A DNA stretch of 64,000 bases from Octopus sinensis (taxonomy: Eukaryota). The position numbers and the translations under genes were made by a program. Where the stretch lies: NCBI RefSeq assembly GCF_006345805.1, contig NC_042999.1:141856001-141920000 (forward strand). Reading direction: 5' to 3'. A model generated the notes under the pieces. The model was not told the DNA's origin and made no database searches. It saw only the letters and a list, made by a program, of their open reading frames with translations. Shown here in pieces: positions 22,929 through 37,796 of the stretch. The first letter of the stretch is position 1. Each line of letters begins with the position of its first letter.

Positions 22929-24715
22929 CACCAAGGATTACTTATACTGGGTTTCATTTCAACAGAACAACATAAACAGATTCATTTTCTTTTTTTATTT
23001 TAGGTATCATGTATTTATTTTGTCACAAGTATGATTCTACTGCATAAGAGAAAAGTCTGTCATATGGGTGGTTATTCTCATTTATTCTAAGTGTAAAAAA
23101 ATATCCAACCTATGTAGCTTTTGTTTTAGATTACCATTAGAGTTTGCAGGCTATTTCTTTACAATGTTGTCTTTCCTTTTGATGTGGTAAGTGCTGCAGA
23201 ATGTCTGCAGAATGTTTTAATTTTCAGTTTTACTAAAGTTCTTGTCTGATTCTGTACCTATTCAAAAGGAAATCATAAGTATTTCTCTGGTGATTCTCAA
23301 TTTGAGAAAAGATAGCCTTTTTTTTATAATTGTAAACATTTTAGAATGGAAGGTGTTGTAATGAGGGAGCAAAAAAGCAATTCACATTGAATTTATTAAA
23401 TTATAAAATTGACAAATCATGTATAAGACATGAAAAACTGCAATTTTCTTTCAGATGGAAATTTTTTTGTTATTTAGATCCCAGGAGTATGTCAAAGCAA
23501 ACATTAATACATGCATAAAAACATTTTCAGGTAATTTTTTGTGTTTTGGTTTTCTTTTTGTGAAGAGAAAATGTTGAGCTGCTGCATATTCTTTGTTCTA
23601 GTTTCATGGCATCAAATGAATTTTGCACAAGACTAGATATGAATTCTTGACAGTTCAGTGAACTGAAACATGTAGACTTAATGTACTGTAAAAATATAAA
23701 ACAAAGCACTAATAAGTGGATTTGTAGTCCCAACCAGTGAGCTGGTAACTAATATTTACTCACCTACCACCACAACTATAAAAATGCCGAACATAACATT
23801 GTGCTACAGCTTGTCTTTATTAGTTTCTCGCCAAAAGATTTATACCAAGATCTGCTACACTCTTGGAAAAAGCTCCCACTTAAATGTCCCATTTGTATAC
23901 CGCTCCATATTTCTCAAACTCAGCAGAACTCCTCCAACATTGTTTCTTCTCTGCTCTACAAGCTTGACCACTACTCAGACACCAGATGCAAACACATCTG
24001 TCACTTTAAACCAATAAGACAATTGGTGCTAACAACATTTATATCACTGTCAGACACTGTATCTTCTTTGTCCCTCATTCTTTTTTTTTAACAGGTATTG
24101 AGGCTGATCTTTAGAATTGCATGGTACAGTGCATCTCATTCTCAAGAGGGGCAACTTCTCTGACTTTGCCAGCTCTCACTTTTCTATATTTTAAAAGTGA
24201 TGGAAAGGCATTAAGTTACTTTCCCTAATACTTGATTCCCTCTCCCTTTTTTGTAATAACTACCTCATGTAAAGCAGTTGGTAAATCTACATTAGTAACT
24301 TGCCAGATTATCCACTTATTTAAGTTTATGGATTGACCTCAAGATGTTTTCCCCAATGATCTGCAACAGGGTGATCAAATGTTGAGTAAAACAAATTGAA
24401 AAATACATCACTTTTATATAGGAGTCAATAGAAATAGTGTATTCTAAGTAGCAAAATTATCAATGTGAATTTACACAGTTCTTGCCCTTCTTCCATCTCT
24501 CAAAGTTGGATACCGTAGGGTTTTTTTTTTTTTGTCTCTTTACAAGTTAGTGGCATGAGGAAGAAAATGAGTGAAGAGAATGACAGTATCAAAATATTAA
24601 GCTAGATTGTTGCATTGATTTTAACTTGGGTTGTCAAGTGAAAATACTATGTAAATGAAAATGTAGGAAAATTAGTAAAATGCTTTCGCCTAGTTGATTG
24701 TCCTATCAACACATT

Positions 24716-24880
24716 CATGGCTGTGTGGTTAAGAAGTTTGCTTTTTGACCAAGTGTTTTCAAGTTCATTTCCACTGTACAACACCTTAGGTAGGTGTCTT
24801 CTACTCTAGCTGTAGACAAACCAAAGCCTTGTGAGTGAATTTGGTAGACAGAAACTGAAAGAAGCCCATCATGCATGTGT
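24716..24880 (+). mobile_element. tRNA-type SINE head
   Basis: tggctgtgtggttaagaagtttgct..ccaaagccttgtgagtgaatttggtagacagaaactgaaagaagccc matches the other SINE heads. Confidence 0.75.
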
Positions 24881-25539
24881 GTGTTTGTTTACAGTTGCAC
24901 TGTACCAAGGTCATGAGCTATAAGCATTCTTGTGTATTGTCTTGTGCCTTCACAGGGGTGTGAATTAAGAGATCCCCTTAACTGTAAAACAAGTAAGGGT
25001 TAAGTGCTTCAATAATGTATTCATCTAATCCATAACTCATAATGAATGAATAAGCTGCTAGAAATATATTAAACTAACTTGACTATTAGTTTTCATGCTG
25101 ATGGTATTCAATAATAATTTCTCCCAGTAATTTATTTGTTCAGATATAGTGGAATAATGTGAAAAAACATTTTCTTGAAACCTTTATTCTTTAACTTAAC
25201 ATAAGCATTTTGTTTCTATTTTCCTTATTTCTTTACATTTAATTTCACAAGTACTATGTGAGGACCCTCTAATACAGTCATGCAGCCTAACAAATAAAAC
25301 ACTCTGCAGTCTTATAAAAGGAAAGAAAAAAGTGACCAACAGTTTAGATCAATGGTTCTCAAACTGACAAATACCAGGCAATGGGGAAATGTTTTGCCCC
25401 ACCTTCCCCAGCCTATTTAATTAGAAGGAAATAGGGTTTGAATCCTTATGATTTTTTTTATCACACCATGATGTAGGATAAGTTTTAAATCACCATCTTA
25501 TATTAAACATAGCAATTTGTCCATCTCCTTTCTCCTATG

Positions 25540-26270
25540 AGAACTATTGTATTAGATAATGTGCTCTTAAATATATTGCTGGATCAGCATTGACTTTCTC
25601 TTTTACAGTAATGTAAGCTGAAGCATCTGCAACAGTATTATCCCTTAGTTATATCTCTGACCAAATACCCACTCAAACTACTCTTGTTCTCTTTCCAACT
25701 TCTAAATTCAGCCTTTGCCAAACTACAATCATATTTTATCACTGCCTAGTCAACATCCTGGCTGCTTAAAATTTAGTTTCACCTGTTTTACACCAGCTAT
25801 ACCTAGACGACATACATCACCTTTGAATCATTTAAAATCATCCCCTTAAGTATGTTCCTTAAAAGTTTCTCACAACTAAAACACAGATTTTCAAATAGGT
25901 TCATATGCAGCAATACAGGTGAAGAATATGGCCTATGATATCTTGAGAAACTCAATAACTGTGGATTTTACTCACAGCTACAACTCCTACCAGACTAGCC
26001 AGCTGAAAGAAAAGGATGTTTTGTGCATCACACAAACTCTGAACTCTCTTACTTTGAAATTGCAGCAAGTCTTGGTCCTTTAAGAGAGTCTCTACCTACT
26101 TTGTGGAATCATACCATGAAGTATGTCATCTCCAAGAAGAGTAATCTCTATGAATTTGCCATCTATTGACCTATTGTTTTCACTTCCAACATCTCAAAGG
26201 TGATAGAAAGTCATTAACAGTCACCAATACTTAGGTACCTGGTTAAAATATTCACTTCACAATCATGAGC
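25540..26270 (+). pseudogene. Highly degenerate CR1/Jockey-like LINE ORF2 relic
   Basis: About 26103-26215 translates to WNHTMKYVISKKSNL...Y*PIVFTSNISKVIES, matching the pre-RT motif WKxAxVxPxxKKG..NYRPIxLTSxxSK. Boundaries are approximate. Confidence 0.5.
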
Positions 26271-29200
26271 TACTGTACTCAATCCAGTTACTTGGCAAGT
26301 GCTTTCTATTGTAGCTGATCAAAACCTAGTGAGTAGAATTATGTTGACAGAAACTGTGCAGAAGTCCATATACGTCAATATCTTTCAGTGAAGGATATAA
26401 ACATTGGCAAAAACCCAGTCCTCTTGGGGAAAAAGCCCTCTGCATAAAATTCCAGATGCTCCCTTACCTCTTGTTATCAGAGATATAGTGAACCAGTGAT
26501 TGGCCCAATGAAAGCTCTGTAACTAACATTACTATAGTTAATAACACTGAATATACCTCATTACTAATCATCAGTATAGTCTCCTGTTCTTATTTGTCAG
26601 TCACCAATGATCCCTCACTCTCGAAAAGTTCAACAAAAGTAATGTTGGGATGCATTTGACTGTCTCATATGAAAATATCAGCTAACCTACCTACTTACAG
26701 GTGTCTCTGGGTTTGGATGTTTCCTGACAGATCACATCACCCATACTATCTCCTTAACCAGACTCTGCACTGATCACTATATCAAATCTTTCTTCACTCT
26801 CACAATGTCAACTTCCAAATGTATAAACAACTTCAACCATTTCATTCACAAAGATCTTGGCCTACAAAAGTCATGGCCAGAGTCCCTTCCACTCGACTAA
26901 TAAAACCAACAGTGAAAGTTTCACACATTTCAGTATGTTTGTTTAGGGTGTAAATACATTTCCACGTTCAATTAATTATAAATATTATAACTCTTACACT
27001 CCTTAGAGGCAATGTTTTTTTTTGTTTTTTTATAGGAAAAAAAAAGACAAAACTCAAAAAGATATAAACAGTAAAAACAATTGAATTTTTTTCAGAAAGC
27101 ATAAACTAAAAAAGTAAATTTATGTAAAAATAAAGTTTATAAAAATTGCAATGAGGAACCTGAGACAAACATGAATGCCAATAAAGTAGAAACAAATGAT
27201 TTCAGAAAGCAGGACAGCAGATATGAGTCAATCAGTTTGAGGCAAAAGGTGTTTGATCATGTTCAGATTCTTGACAAATAAAGCACACTACAAATCCCTT
27301 TGTCCCACAGTGTTGAATAAATGAATTTTAAATGTTTCAAATCATTTCGATTTTTCTCTTGAAAACAAGGCAATCTATCTGCCCTATTTTCAATCCCTGC
27401 CATACTCCAAGGGTATCAATTTTCTCTGAAAAATACTGCTATAACATATCCTGGATGTGTGTAGAATTACAACTGAAAACAAAGTGATAGCAAATGTTAG
27501 TTGGAAGCAGGAACCTATTGCAAGTCTATTAGAAAAATAATGCATCTTTAATTTTACAAATTCACATTAAATCAGTTTCAGCCAGGTTTAAATTACATTT
27601 TCATGTTGATTTTGGAGATAATTTGAAACATTTAAAACTTGTCCAACACTATGGCAAAGAAAGATAAAGTAGAAGGATGCAAACTTGTCTTCTCACTAAT
27701 GAGAGGGGGACACCGAAAAATTTTCCTAATATTTTAGTGCTGTTTGCTTGGTAGGAAGTGGGAATATCTTTGCTGATACATTCCTTATCTCTGTGGGGCA
27801 GGTATCATTATTTCAGAAACCAAGGAATGGAATGATTTTTAAAAAAAAGTGAAACTGGAAAAAAATCACTTTTCAGAGCCTTGGTTTTTATTTTTAGCAT
27901 GTTGAATGCCCACATTGAGGCTTCCCTTATTTCATCTGGTTCCAACAGACATCCATTCATACACAATGCACATTCTTATCTAATAACTGGGAATGGGGGT
28001 GATTTTTTTAAAAAAATGAAATTTTGAAAAATTATTTTTCAAAGATTTAGTTGTCATTTCAAGCATGTCAAACAACTAAAGTATCTCTCATTTCATCTAC
28101 TGGTTCAATAAGAATGCATGCATGCAAAAATAAGTAGCTGAGTTTAAAAACATCTGGAATGTCGGTATTGGGGTGAAGTAGTTATGCCAAAAAGCCAAGA
28201 GAGGGAGAGCAAGCAATGTTAACAAAACTGAAATTTGGAAGAAAAAATTTTTTTCTTTCTCAGAATCACAGTCTGTACTTTTCCAAGTAGAATTCCCCAA
28301 AATTTTTTGATAAAAAGTAAAACAAAAAATTTGGGAGGAGTAGGGTATTAAAATTTTGAAAAGCTGTTTTGGAAACCAACTCGTAATCTCTGCTGGTGAA
28401 AACAGGATTCTGAAGAAATTTTTTTTAAATAAAAAAAATCATAAAATGTGATGGGGTAAATATTCAACACAACTCATTTTTTCCACTTTTCAAACTGTTT
28501 ATACTAATTAATTGCAACTACAGTCCATCACCACTTAGCTCAGATCTTTTTTTAAATTTTATGTATACATGTGTTTATTTATACATATATACAAAAGCGA
28601 GATGGATGGAGTTTAGTTATTCAGTGATCATCCTCAAAATTGACTTTTTACTAAATTGTTTTCTACAATACCAATTTGGACATGAGTTTTCAGTATTAGA
28701 TTCCTCTCATTAGGTTAAGAAGCCTAATTATGCCAATTGTTTGTGAAAAAGTAAATGTTGGCCACAGCAATAAGTGAATGATATAAAATTTTCTTGATCA
28801 CCAAAAGCCATTCACATAAGAATGGCCATTGAAAAGTGTTTACACTGGCAGTGCCCCAGTATGACCACAGCCTATGGACTGAAACACATAAAAGAATAAT
28901 CAAAGCAGAAAGATTTGAATACAAATCTAACATTATATATTCTCTACATTATTTGTAAGCATAGCATACTGATGAGCAAATGAAGGTGCTCTATGGACTA
29001 GCTTGACTGGCAAGAAATAGCAGCTAAATCCCCCTACTGTCTTAAAAATGGAACACATTAGATTATATAGTCTATGATATACAAAATGACACAATGATCA
29101 TGGCTAAAACATAGGTCTGCCTGATCAGAGTTGACCTGAATCTAAATGATAACTATAGTGTTGTATAAATATATGACAGTTATATAACATAATTGTCTAT

Positions 29201-29639
29201 CACATTCTATGGTATACCATTGTCTATAGCTAATTTTGGAGATACAATTTTCCATTTGCATCAAATTTTAACAACGAAGCTTATGAGATTTCTTACTTCT
29301 ATTTTTATACTTTAAGTGAAGGCAAATGAGTACTCTTTAGGCATCTCTAGAATCAATGATGTTAAAAGATGTTGCTCATGCTATAAAATGGTCAGTGATA
29401 AGAAGAGCATCCAGCCATAAAAATCAACAAAATTAGTGCTTTTTTCTTTGCTGTTGTGTGTGTATCAAATGACAATGGACTGAGACGAGTGAGATGCTGA
29501 CATGAATAAGTAAATGTGAATATAATGATGCTGATGAGTCATAACTGAACAATTGTCCTTATAAGACATGATGCTTTACAATATACATTGCTATGACACT
29601 TAACTCTTGTTGAAACAGTTGCATATCTGTAAATGACTG

Positions 29640-30480
29640 AGGAAGTGTAGTATTCCAAAGGATTCTATAACTAACAGATGTTTTGCTGATCTTGAAGTGC
29701 AACTTCAAATCAGTTATAGTGGGTTTTTATTCCTGGTCTGCAGGAAGGAATGTGTCTATGGCTGTCACAAGCTTTTCAAGACCAGTAAGATTAACACAGT
29801 AATATTACATCTACACAATAAACATGTGTAGGAAGGGAAATTTCAGAAGAACCAAAGTTTTGGAGAAGTGGTTATGGAGTTTGGTGGAGGAAGCAATATT
29901 AGTGACAAGAGGTACACAAGTGACTCGAGACTACCTAAGCAGAGGTGAGACAAGACCAAACAAGGACTGTTATAGTAGCAGTTGGAAAGACCAGAGTGAG
30001 GAGAGAGCATGTATGAGTTGGCTAGTTACTTATGCCAACAAGATGGGTTACCTCTTTTTGGATGTCTGTATGTGTAGCAGTGCTCTATTGTGAGGCCCCA
30101 GTTGAGCTTTGTAAAGGATAAGTAGTTGTTGGGTCAGTAGAATTTTCTAGCCCTGGAGAGAAAGGCCAGTTTTGCTGTGTTGACAGTGTGAAAATGCCAG
30201 GAAAGATCTTCAGCTATGGTAAGACACAACATCTGTAGTGACCTTGATGGTTATAGTTGCATGTTGTTCATATTTAGATGTGCTGTACAACATTTTTTCA
30301 ATATCTGGAGTCGGATGTGAAGTGGCTAGGTTGCATAGAGATGAGGTTGGTTGTGGAAAGTTAAGAAGGATGAGTGGCATTATCTGCATATGAGTGGCAT
30401 TATCTGCATATGAGTGGACATTACTGGAGTGCAACACAACTAAAAAGACACTCTTCTGAACTCAAAGTGCTTGTCAATTA
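29640..30480 (-). pseudogene. Degenerate CR1-like reverse transcriptase relic
   Basis: The minus strand gives SNVHSYADNA (YADD motif) and LLILYKAQ (thumb region), with many stops. Confidence 0.55.
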
Positions 30481-32789
30481 TAGATGAATGCATTTGATCA
30501 GAAAAGGTTAAGACATTGGTTGACTAACTCATTTTTGTAAGATAAATAGGAAAGGAGAGAAAGGAAAAGAAAAAAACAAGATGAAGTGGTGGAGTGGATA
30601 TAATTCTCTCATAGAAGACACAGAGATGGTAGAGTTAATGCATCAGACAATAGTTCAAATCACACCCAGGTCACCTTTTATTCTTTGAGGGGAGGGAGTT
30701 AACCAATAAAATAAGTACCAGTTGAATAGTGGGGCTAATACAATTGGCTATTTTCTTCTCCCAAATAAAACCAATAGGGCTGAGTATCAATGATACTAGT
30801 GCATGGATCGATAAACCATAATCATAATTCTCTTACAGTAGCATTAAAAGGACATCAGAGAAACCACTACCTTTCTTCTCACCATCATCATGCATTTTAT
30901 ATTCTTTTATTCTCTTTACTGGTCTCAGTCACTGGACTATAACCATATTTGGGCACTATCTTCAAAGATTTAGTCAACCATATCAATTCTAGGACATATT
31001 TCAATTTGACACATATTTTCTTAATCATGATTTGTCAAACAATTATAAATGTAGCTAGTGCTTATGGAGCACTCTATTTGAACTACACTTCATCGATTCT
31101 GTTGTGCCCAAGGTTGGTTCCTCCTCACTACCACACCAGGAAAAGGAAAGGGTTTTTAATGTTTTGGACGCTAGTCCTTCATCAGTAAAAAAGAAAAGAA
31201 AGGAGGAAAGGTGGTGGAAAGAAAAAGAAAAGAAAAAATGTCTAGGGGCCAGATGAGAATGCAGTTCTATGGGGGAAGAGAGGCAGAGTGTTGTGTACAA
31301 GTATAGGAGAGTATCCATGAAGAGAGATGGGCATAGGAGGTGTGTGGGTGGTTGGTAGGGGTGTAAGGAGGTGTGCAAGTGTGAGATAAGAGGTGTGGGG
31401 GTGAATAGGTGAGAATGTGATATAGGAGAGAGGAAGGCGTGGGAAAAAAATTAGAAGGTACAAGAAACTGAAGTAAACAATATAGTTGATGAGAAAAAAA
31501 CAACATAAAAAAGTGCAAGGTCAGAGGGAAAAGGTACAAAGTCAATAATCAGTGTGAAAATGTAATAAAATTGAAAAGATTGTGAATAATATCCAAAGAA
31601 AAAGAATTCAAGCATAAAAGAGCATGTAAAATAGAAAGGAATTTCTTTTTAGTGTGTACATGCATACATAGATTTGTGTATGTAAATATATATGTATGTG
31701 TGTGTATGTACATATATATATATATATATTTATTTAGAGAGAGGAAGCTTGGTGCAGTCTTGCCAGTTCTTATCAAATAGTCCGACTCATGTCAGCATAG
31801 AAAATGGACATTAAATGATGATGATGATGACACACACGTGTATATGAGCATTTACATTCTGTACTTTGAGGGATGAGTGGAATACAAAAAAAAACTTTTT
31901 TTTTCTTGAAAAACAGGTAAGAGTTAGCAACAGGCATCTGGTGACAAAACAATTTCTCAATATGAACCCATCCAACCTATGCTAGCATGAAAACAATGGA
32001 AGTAAAATGAACAAATAGACATATGTAAGTCTAGTGATACAGATTAACCTGATTCAATGGGCCCTTGATTACACTTGGTGTTGAAGTCATAATCTTTAGG
32101 TTCTGGGTCTCATTATCAGTTCAGGTGGTGTGTTATATTCTTGAGCAAAGGACTTCATTTCACATTGCTTCAGTTCATTTAGTTGAAAATTAGTACCAGT
32201 GACATTAAGCATTCCACAAATATATGTACCCTTAATCAATATGACACAGTGTATAGCAAAGCTGGTCCTTTGGGTCACAGGTACAATCCTTCCAATGGGT
32301 CCCCATGCAGTTTCTCTCTACTCAGTTTCACTCACAAGCCTTAGTTCAACCAAAGGATTATGGCACAAGTCATTTTCACATGATATCATGTACTGGAACT
32401 GAATCCAAGACTTCATAATTGCAAAGTAAAATTCTCAGCTGTGCTTTAGAGATGTATGGTTGATATCACTGACTTGCAACTCTCTTCTTCATTACTTAGA
32501 GTGAAATAAATTCTCTCATTTTACGATACAAGTCCTAGCAGCATTTAAATCTACATGTCACAGCCAAGAATCCAAAGATCTTATCATATGTGAGATGATA
32601 ATGCTACTAACAATAAGGATTTCTGATATAGACAAAAGCCACAAACATGCTAGAGAGGAGGAAATGACTAGTAGTTTTATTTTATTGACCACACTTAGAA
32701 GACCTGCACAGGACTTGAACTAAAAACATGGAAGGGCTTAAATATTGCAAGGTAGGTGCTATACTTAGCACCCTATCATTTCTGCCACT

Positions 32790-33730
32790 TCATCCTGTCC
32801 TCTTCCCTTAATAACAATAATGGTTTCTAATTTAGGCACAAGGCCAGAAATTCTGAGGGAGAGGGGGTTAGTCAATGCCACTGACCCCAGTACTTGACAA
32901 GTATTTTATTTTATGGACTCTGAAAGGGAAAAAGTCAAAAATGACGTTGGTGGGATTTGAAGTTAGAATGTTATAAGTTAGAACAAATATTTTTTTAAAT
33001 GTTCCAATGCAGTGACAATTCTTCCAGTTCACAGCCTTAATAATAATAATAATAATAATAATAACAATAATAATAATAATTTTTACATGCCAGCCCACAT
33101 AAAAAGCATCCCATACACTTTGTAAAGTGATTGTGTTAGGAAGGGCATACAGCCATAGAAGCCAAGCCAAATCAGACTGGAACCTGGTGCAGCTTTCCAT
33201 CTTGTTTGTCAGCTCTGGTCAAACCTTCCAACCATGCCAGCATGGAAAACAGACATTAAATGACTATGATGATGATTATAATAATTCTTAGAAATTTTAG
33301 CATAAGGCCAGCAATTTTTAAGGGTAGAGGGTTAGTTGATTACATTAACCTCAGCACTTGACTGATACTTTATTTCATCAATGTCGGAAGATGAAAAGCA
33401 TAGTTGACCTTAGTGGAATTTGAACTCAGAATATAAAGAGCCAGAAGTAATGCTGCTAAGCAGTTTATGCATCTCACTAACAATTCTGCCAATAAATAAT
33501 AATAATAATAATAATAATAATAATCTTTTCTACTAAAGGCACAAGGCCTGAAATATTGGGGGAGGAGACTAATCGATTACCTCACCCCCAGTGTTTTAGT
33601 GGTACTTAATTTATCCCAAAAGGATGAAAGGCAAAGTCGACCTTGGCAGAATGTGGACTCAAAACGTGAAGACAGACAAAAGTATTTTTCCCAGCATGCT
33701 AATGATTCTGCCAGCTCAACGCCTTGTTAA
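32790..33730 (-). repeat. Cluster of nested SINE fragments with (AAT)n tracts and a LINE tail
   Basis: Three copies of the ..aggcacaaggcc..ggatgaaaggcaaagtcgacctt.. SINE plus a plus-strand LINE tail at about 33130-33275. Confidence 0.6.
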
Positions 33731-35443
33731 TAATAAAAATAATTGGTAACAGGTTCACAAACTGTGAGTATATAATCAATTATAAAACCCGGTCTGACTA
33801 TACTATTTCATTTACTCTGAGAGAATTGAAGGTAATATCAACCCAGGCAGGAATTGAACTTAGAATGTAAAAGGCTATAACTAGTATGGGAGAGCAGTTT
33901 ATCCAGTAAAGTAGATTAATTGTATCCAGGATATTGTGAAGTATAATGGCTTTGAATAATGTGCAGTGACAGTAAATTTAAGATCCTGAATTACTGACCT
34001 TGTAGTCATGGTAACAAACATTACTACATATATATTGTCTGGTAGCCCAGAGTTAACATCTTCCATTTCTATTTCATAATCAAGTGATTAGTAGTGCCAT
34101 GATCAACACCCAACTATAAAAACAAAATCAACCCAAATGTCTAAATTTTCATAAACAATGCTAGCATACAAAAATGGATCTATAATTGTAAAAAGACTGC
34201 TTTCCAATTCTTATCAGACATCAGCAGGTAGAAAAATTTGTATAGTTTATGTTTAAGTTGTAATAACAAATCACTGTTCCAAATATGTCAAATGGAAATA
34301 GATATGGAGGATATAAATGTAGTTTGATGAGAGCAAATTGACAATAGTAGTAATCTCTCTCAGTTTTCACTTTATTTCAGATAAGAGAGTAGTTATCATC
34401 AATTAGGAAGAAATTTAGTCATCATAGTTAATTAACTTGTAGGCAGGCAATTGGCTTGTAGCCACTCCTATCCTAAGCTATGGTTGAAATTCAATAAATG
34501 AAGATTGGAAAATGTAGATCAGATTGCCAACAAGCGTAAATTATGAGTTAAAAATAAAATACAAATAAGGAAACTGAATATACCCTTGGGTACGGCATTC
34601 ATGTCCTATTATATGATTCATGCATACAGACAAGATATATAAACACAATGCATTTCTGGCAAAAGACTGACAGGAGGACACATCTCTTTTGTTTTATTAA
34701 CTGTCCCTTTCAGTCCCTTGGTAAAATGTCTCCTTTTTGCCTGTATCTATGTTAAGCAAAAATGAAATTGTATGGCTTAGTGCTTAGCATGTTGGATTGA
34801 TGATCATAAGGTTGTGGGTTTGATCACCAAATGAGAAAGCAAGTTGTTTCCTTGGACACAGCATAATATTTCCTGTGGCTCCAGTCCATTTAGCTGAAAA
34901 TGAGTTGTCAGCTGCAATGTAGCCACCTTACAGACTATTAACCCAAAATCTGGCAAATGCAAGATGTCTTGGCTATGGAATACTGGATAATGATGATATA
35001 AGTGAATAGCATTTTAGCTTTGAATTAAGCAAACAAGAAACCAGGAACATAGCTACAAGGCCAAACCATAATTATTAAATGATGATGACGATTTCCAATC
35101 TATCATATTTATATTGCTTGTCACATGCAACCTTCTTGCTTCTTGCTTCATGTTCTAGCTTGGTGGGGCTGGGGTAATCCCAGAAATATCATCATGCAAA
35201 GGGCTGACCAGGTCCATTAATTACATGCCAAGGGTAGAACTCCAAAATACTTTAAATGTTATCCAATAACATCAGAATGATTCCTGCTGTTTATTCAGCA
35301 TCATACCAGTCATTATAGAATGAGGAGTATCCCTATGTGTGCTATGAATCTATTACATCAATACTGCTGTTGATAGAGCATATTTTATTTCATGGAAGTG
35401 TATACAGTAGTAATGACTATAGATACACAAGAAAATCATCATC

Positions 35444-35620
35444 ATCATTTAATGTCCATTTTCCATGCTGGCATGGGTGGACAGCTTGACAGGAGCTGGC
35501 ATGGGTGGACAGCTTGACAGGAGCTGGCAAGGCCAGGGGCCACACCAGGTTCCATTGTCTGCTTTGGCATGATTTCCCCAGCTGGATGCCCTTCCTAATG
35601 CCAGCCACAGCACAGAGTGC
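35444..35620 (-). mobile_element. RTE-LINE/SINE tail with an internal ~32-bp tandem duplication
   Basis: catcatcatttaatgtcc start; gctggcatgggtggacagcttgacaggagc occurs twice. Confidence 0.7.
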
Positions 35621-37755
35621 ACTGGTGATGGTGGTAAATAGAATTGTATCATAAATACAAATGTATGCATCTATAATATTGTATATATAATAGTATTTAT
35701 GTTATTTACATAGCTTAAAGTGTACAATCCACTCCTGTAGAAATATATACATACACATATATATATATGTATATATATATACACACACACATATATATAT
35801 GTATATATATATACACACACACATATATATATATAAGTCCCACCCATGCCAGCATAGAAGGCAGATGTTAAATGATGATGATGATATATATCATCATTAT
35901 CATAGTTCATAATTTTGTATCTGGCATAGGATGAATGAATCATATCACTTATTGTGTTTTCAGTCACCTGTCACACAAGAATATAGACAACTGGTTAATT
36001 TTGGCCTTGTGTAGTCTTACAGTGTGGACTGGATGTAATTTATTGAGATGGACTATCTCCTGCAGAAGAACTAGAATTTCCTCTACTTTGGATCAGTTCT
36101 TATTCAGAGTTCATGGATAACTCGAAATGTGGTCTTTGGAGTCCACATCTTAGTTATAGTGTTCCATGATTTTCAAATTCAAAATTAGCAATACCTGATA
36201 TAAAGTTATCAACAAATGGATTAGTTCGGGTAAAGTTAAAGATCTTGTCTTTTATCCTTGAAAATATGATATTACTTATCCTTGTTGGAAATAAGTTAAA
36301 AATTTATGCTATCTAATGTTATAAAATACAGACAAATATCTTTTGGATTAAATCATAATTATTTTAATGAAGAAAATTGAGCTCTCTTAGTTTCTTGTCA
36401 ATGCAAATTTCTCAAATTAAACTAAAAGTAGCTTTACCAAAATTTCTTAAATAACAAGTTGCTTACTTATTACTATTGAGCAATAAGTACAGTTTAGGTC
36501 TTCTCAAGATTATAATCAGTCTGACCAGTGATGTATTTCTTGCCTGTTTATTAAAATACATTTAATTACTTCTTTGCTGTTAATTTATAAGGTTTCCAAC
36601 CATTAACTCAAGCATATGTAAATTTTAGTTATCTTCAACATTACGCATTTGATTCAAGTTTAAGTTGAAAGTTTCAGTTGCAATTTTTCATTGAATTCTG
36701 TAAGACTGAAATAAGCCCTAACATACAATATAATTAGTTTAGTCTGTGTGACTAATTACAAGGTGTAAGCAAGGTTTTCTTTAATTTTTAGTTGTCACTA
36801 TGTTTTTTTCTTGTGACAAAAACAGGCGTGCACTGAATACTTGTGCAAATATAAACTTGAAATAAATATTAATTACTACTTCATTTTAGGCAACTAACCT
36901 TTTTGTGCACATTAATTCCTTTCATACACCAGTTGCAAAATATGTGTGCATGCATGTGCATAATTTAAAGGGATCAATGGTTGTAAGTATTTATGAGGTA
37001 ATAATATCTACACTGTAGAGGTCTAGATAAATATCTTCATTCTAGAAATGTTCACCTTTAATCTCAATGGTTTAATTTTTTTTCTCTCATTCATAAAATG
37101 ATTCTGGGTTGAAATTCAGATTGCAACCAGGAGTATATTCTGAAGTTAAAACTCTATTGATACAAGACACAGAGGAAAAGGATGAGAAAGGAGTTTTTGA
37201 TGGACACCTACTTGAGTTTCAAATTGCAAACAATCATTTATATTCACTCATGTCATCTCAACATTTGTTTCTCACAGAATATGATATTTATAGAATGTTA
37301 ATTCAGACTAAAAAATATATAATTCTCTGTAAGAAGTACACCCACAATATTTGCTTTTTATGTTGAAATACATTGTATGTAAGCTAGATATTAGATTTGT
37401 ATTAGCATTATTACAATAATAATAATTGATTGTTCATTAGTGAAACAATACTGAAATACAGTTTGTTAATAAACAAATGTTAAATTATTTATTTACTATG
37501 TATTGAAACGATGTTTACGATATATTTTCTGCACAAGCAGAAAGTTTTTAGGAAGTGAAATTTATACTTCAGGCATAATTATTGATCAAACTATTTAATT
37601 TCTCTCATGTCTACAATGTTTAACTGAATTGAAATAGCTTAAAATGGGATGTGCTCAACCAGGTTTTTAAACAATCATAAAGGTTTAGGTTTAAGGTATT
37701 TTATCAATTATTATTTTAATATTTTTCTACCACACTTGACTTTTAAGTAAACTAG

Positions 37756-37796
<41 letters not shown>

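Noticed and set aside
29524-29550. CTGATGA hammerhead or C/D-box-like core
   Set aside because: No GAAA with pairing stems, and spacing too short for a snoRNA. The other CTGATGA hits also fail.
30372-30418. 20-bp tandem duplication over the YADN motif
   Set aside because: Simple slippage in a dead CR1-like relic.
37109-37366. 85-aa ORF that could be a downstream BTB-gene exon
   Set aside because: No recognisable domain or convincing splice pair. No C2H2 zinc-finger exons were found in 23-40 kb.
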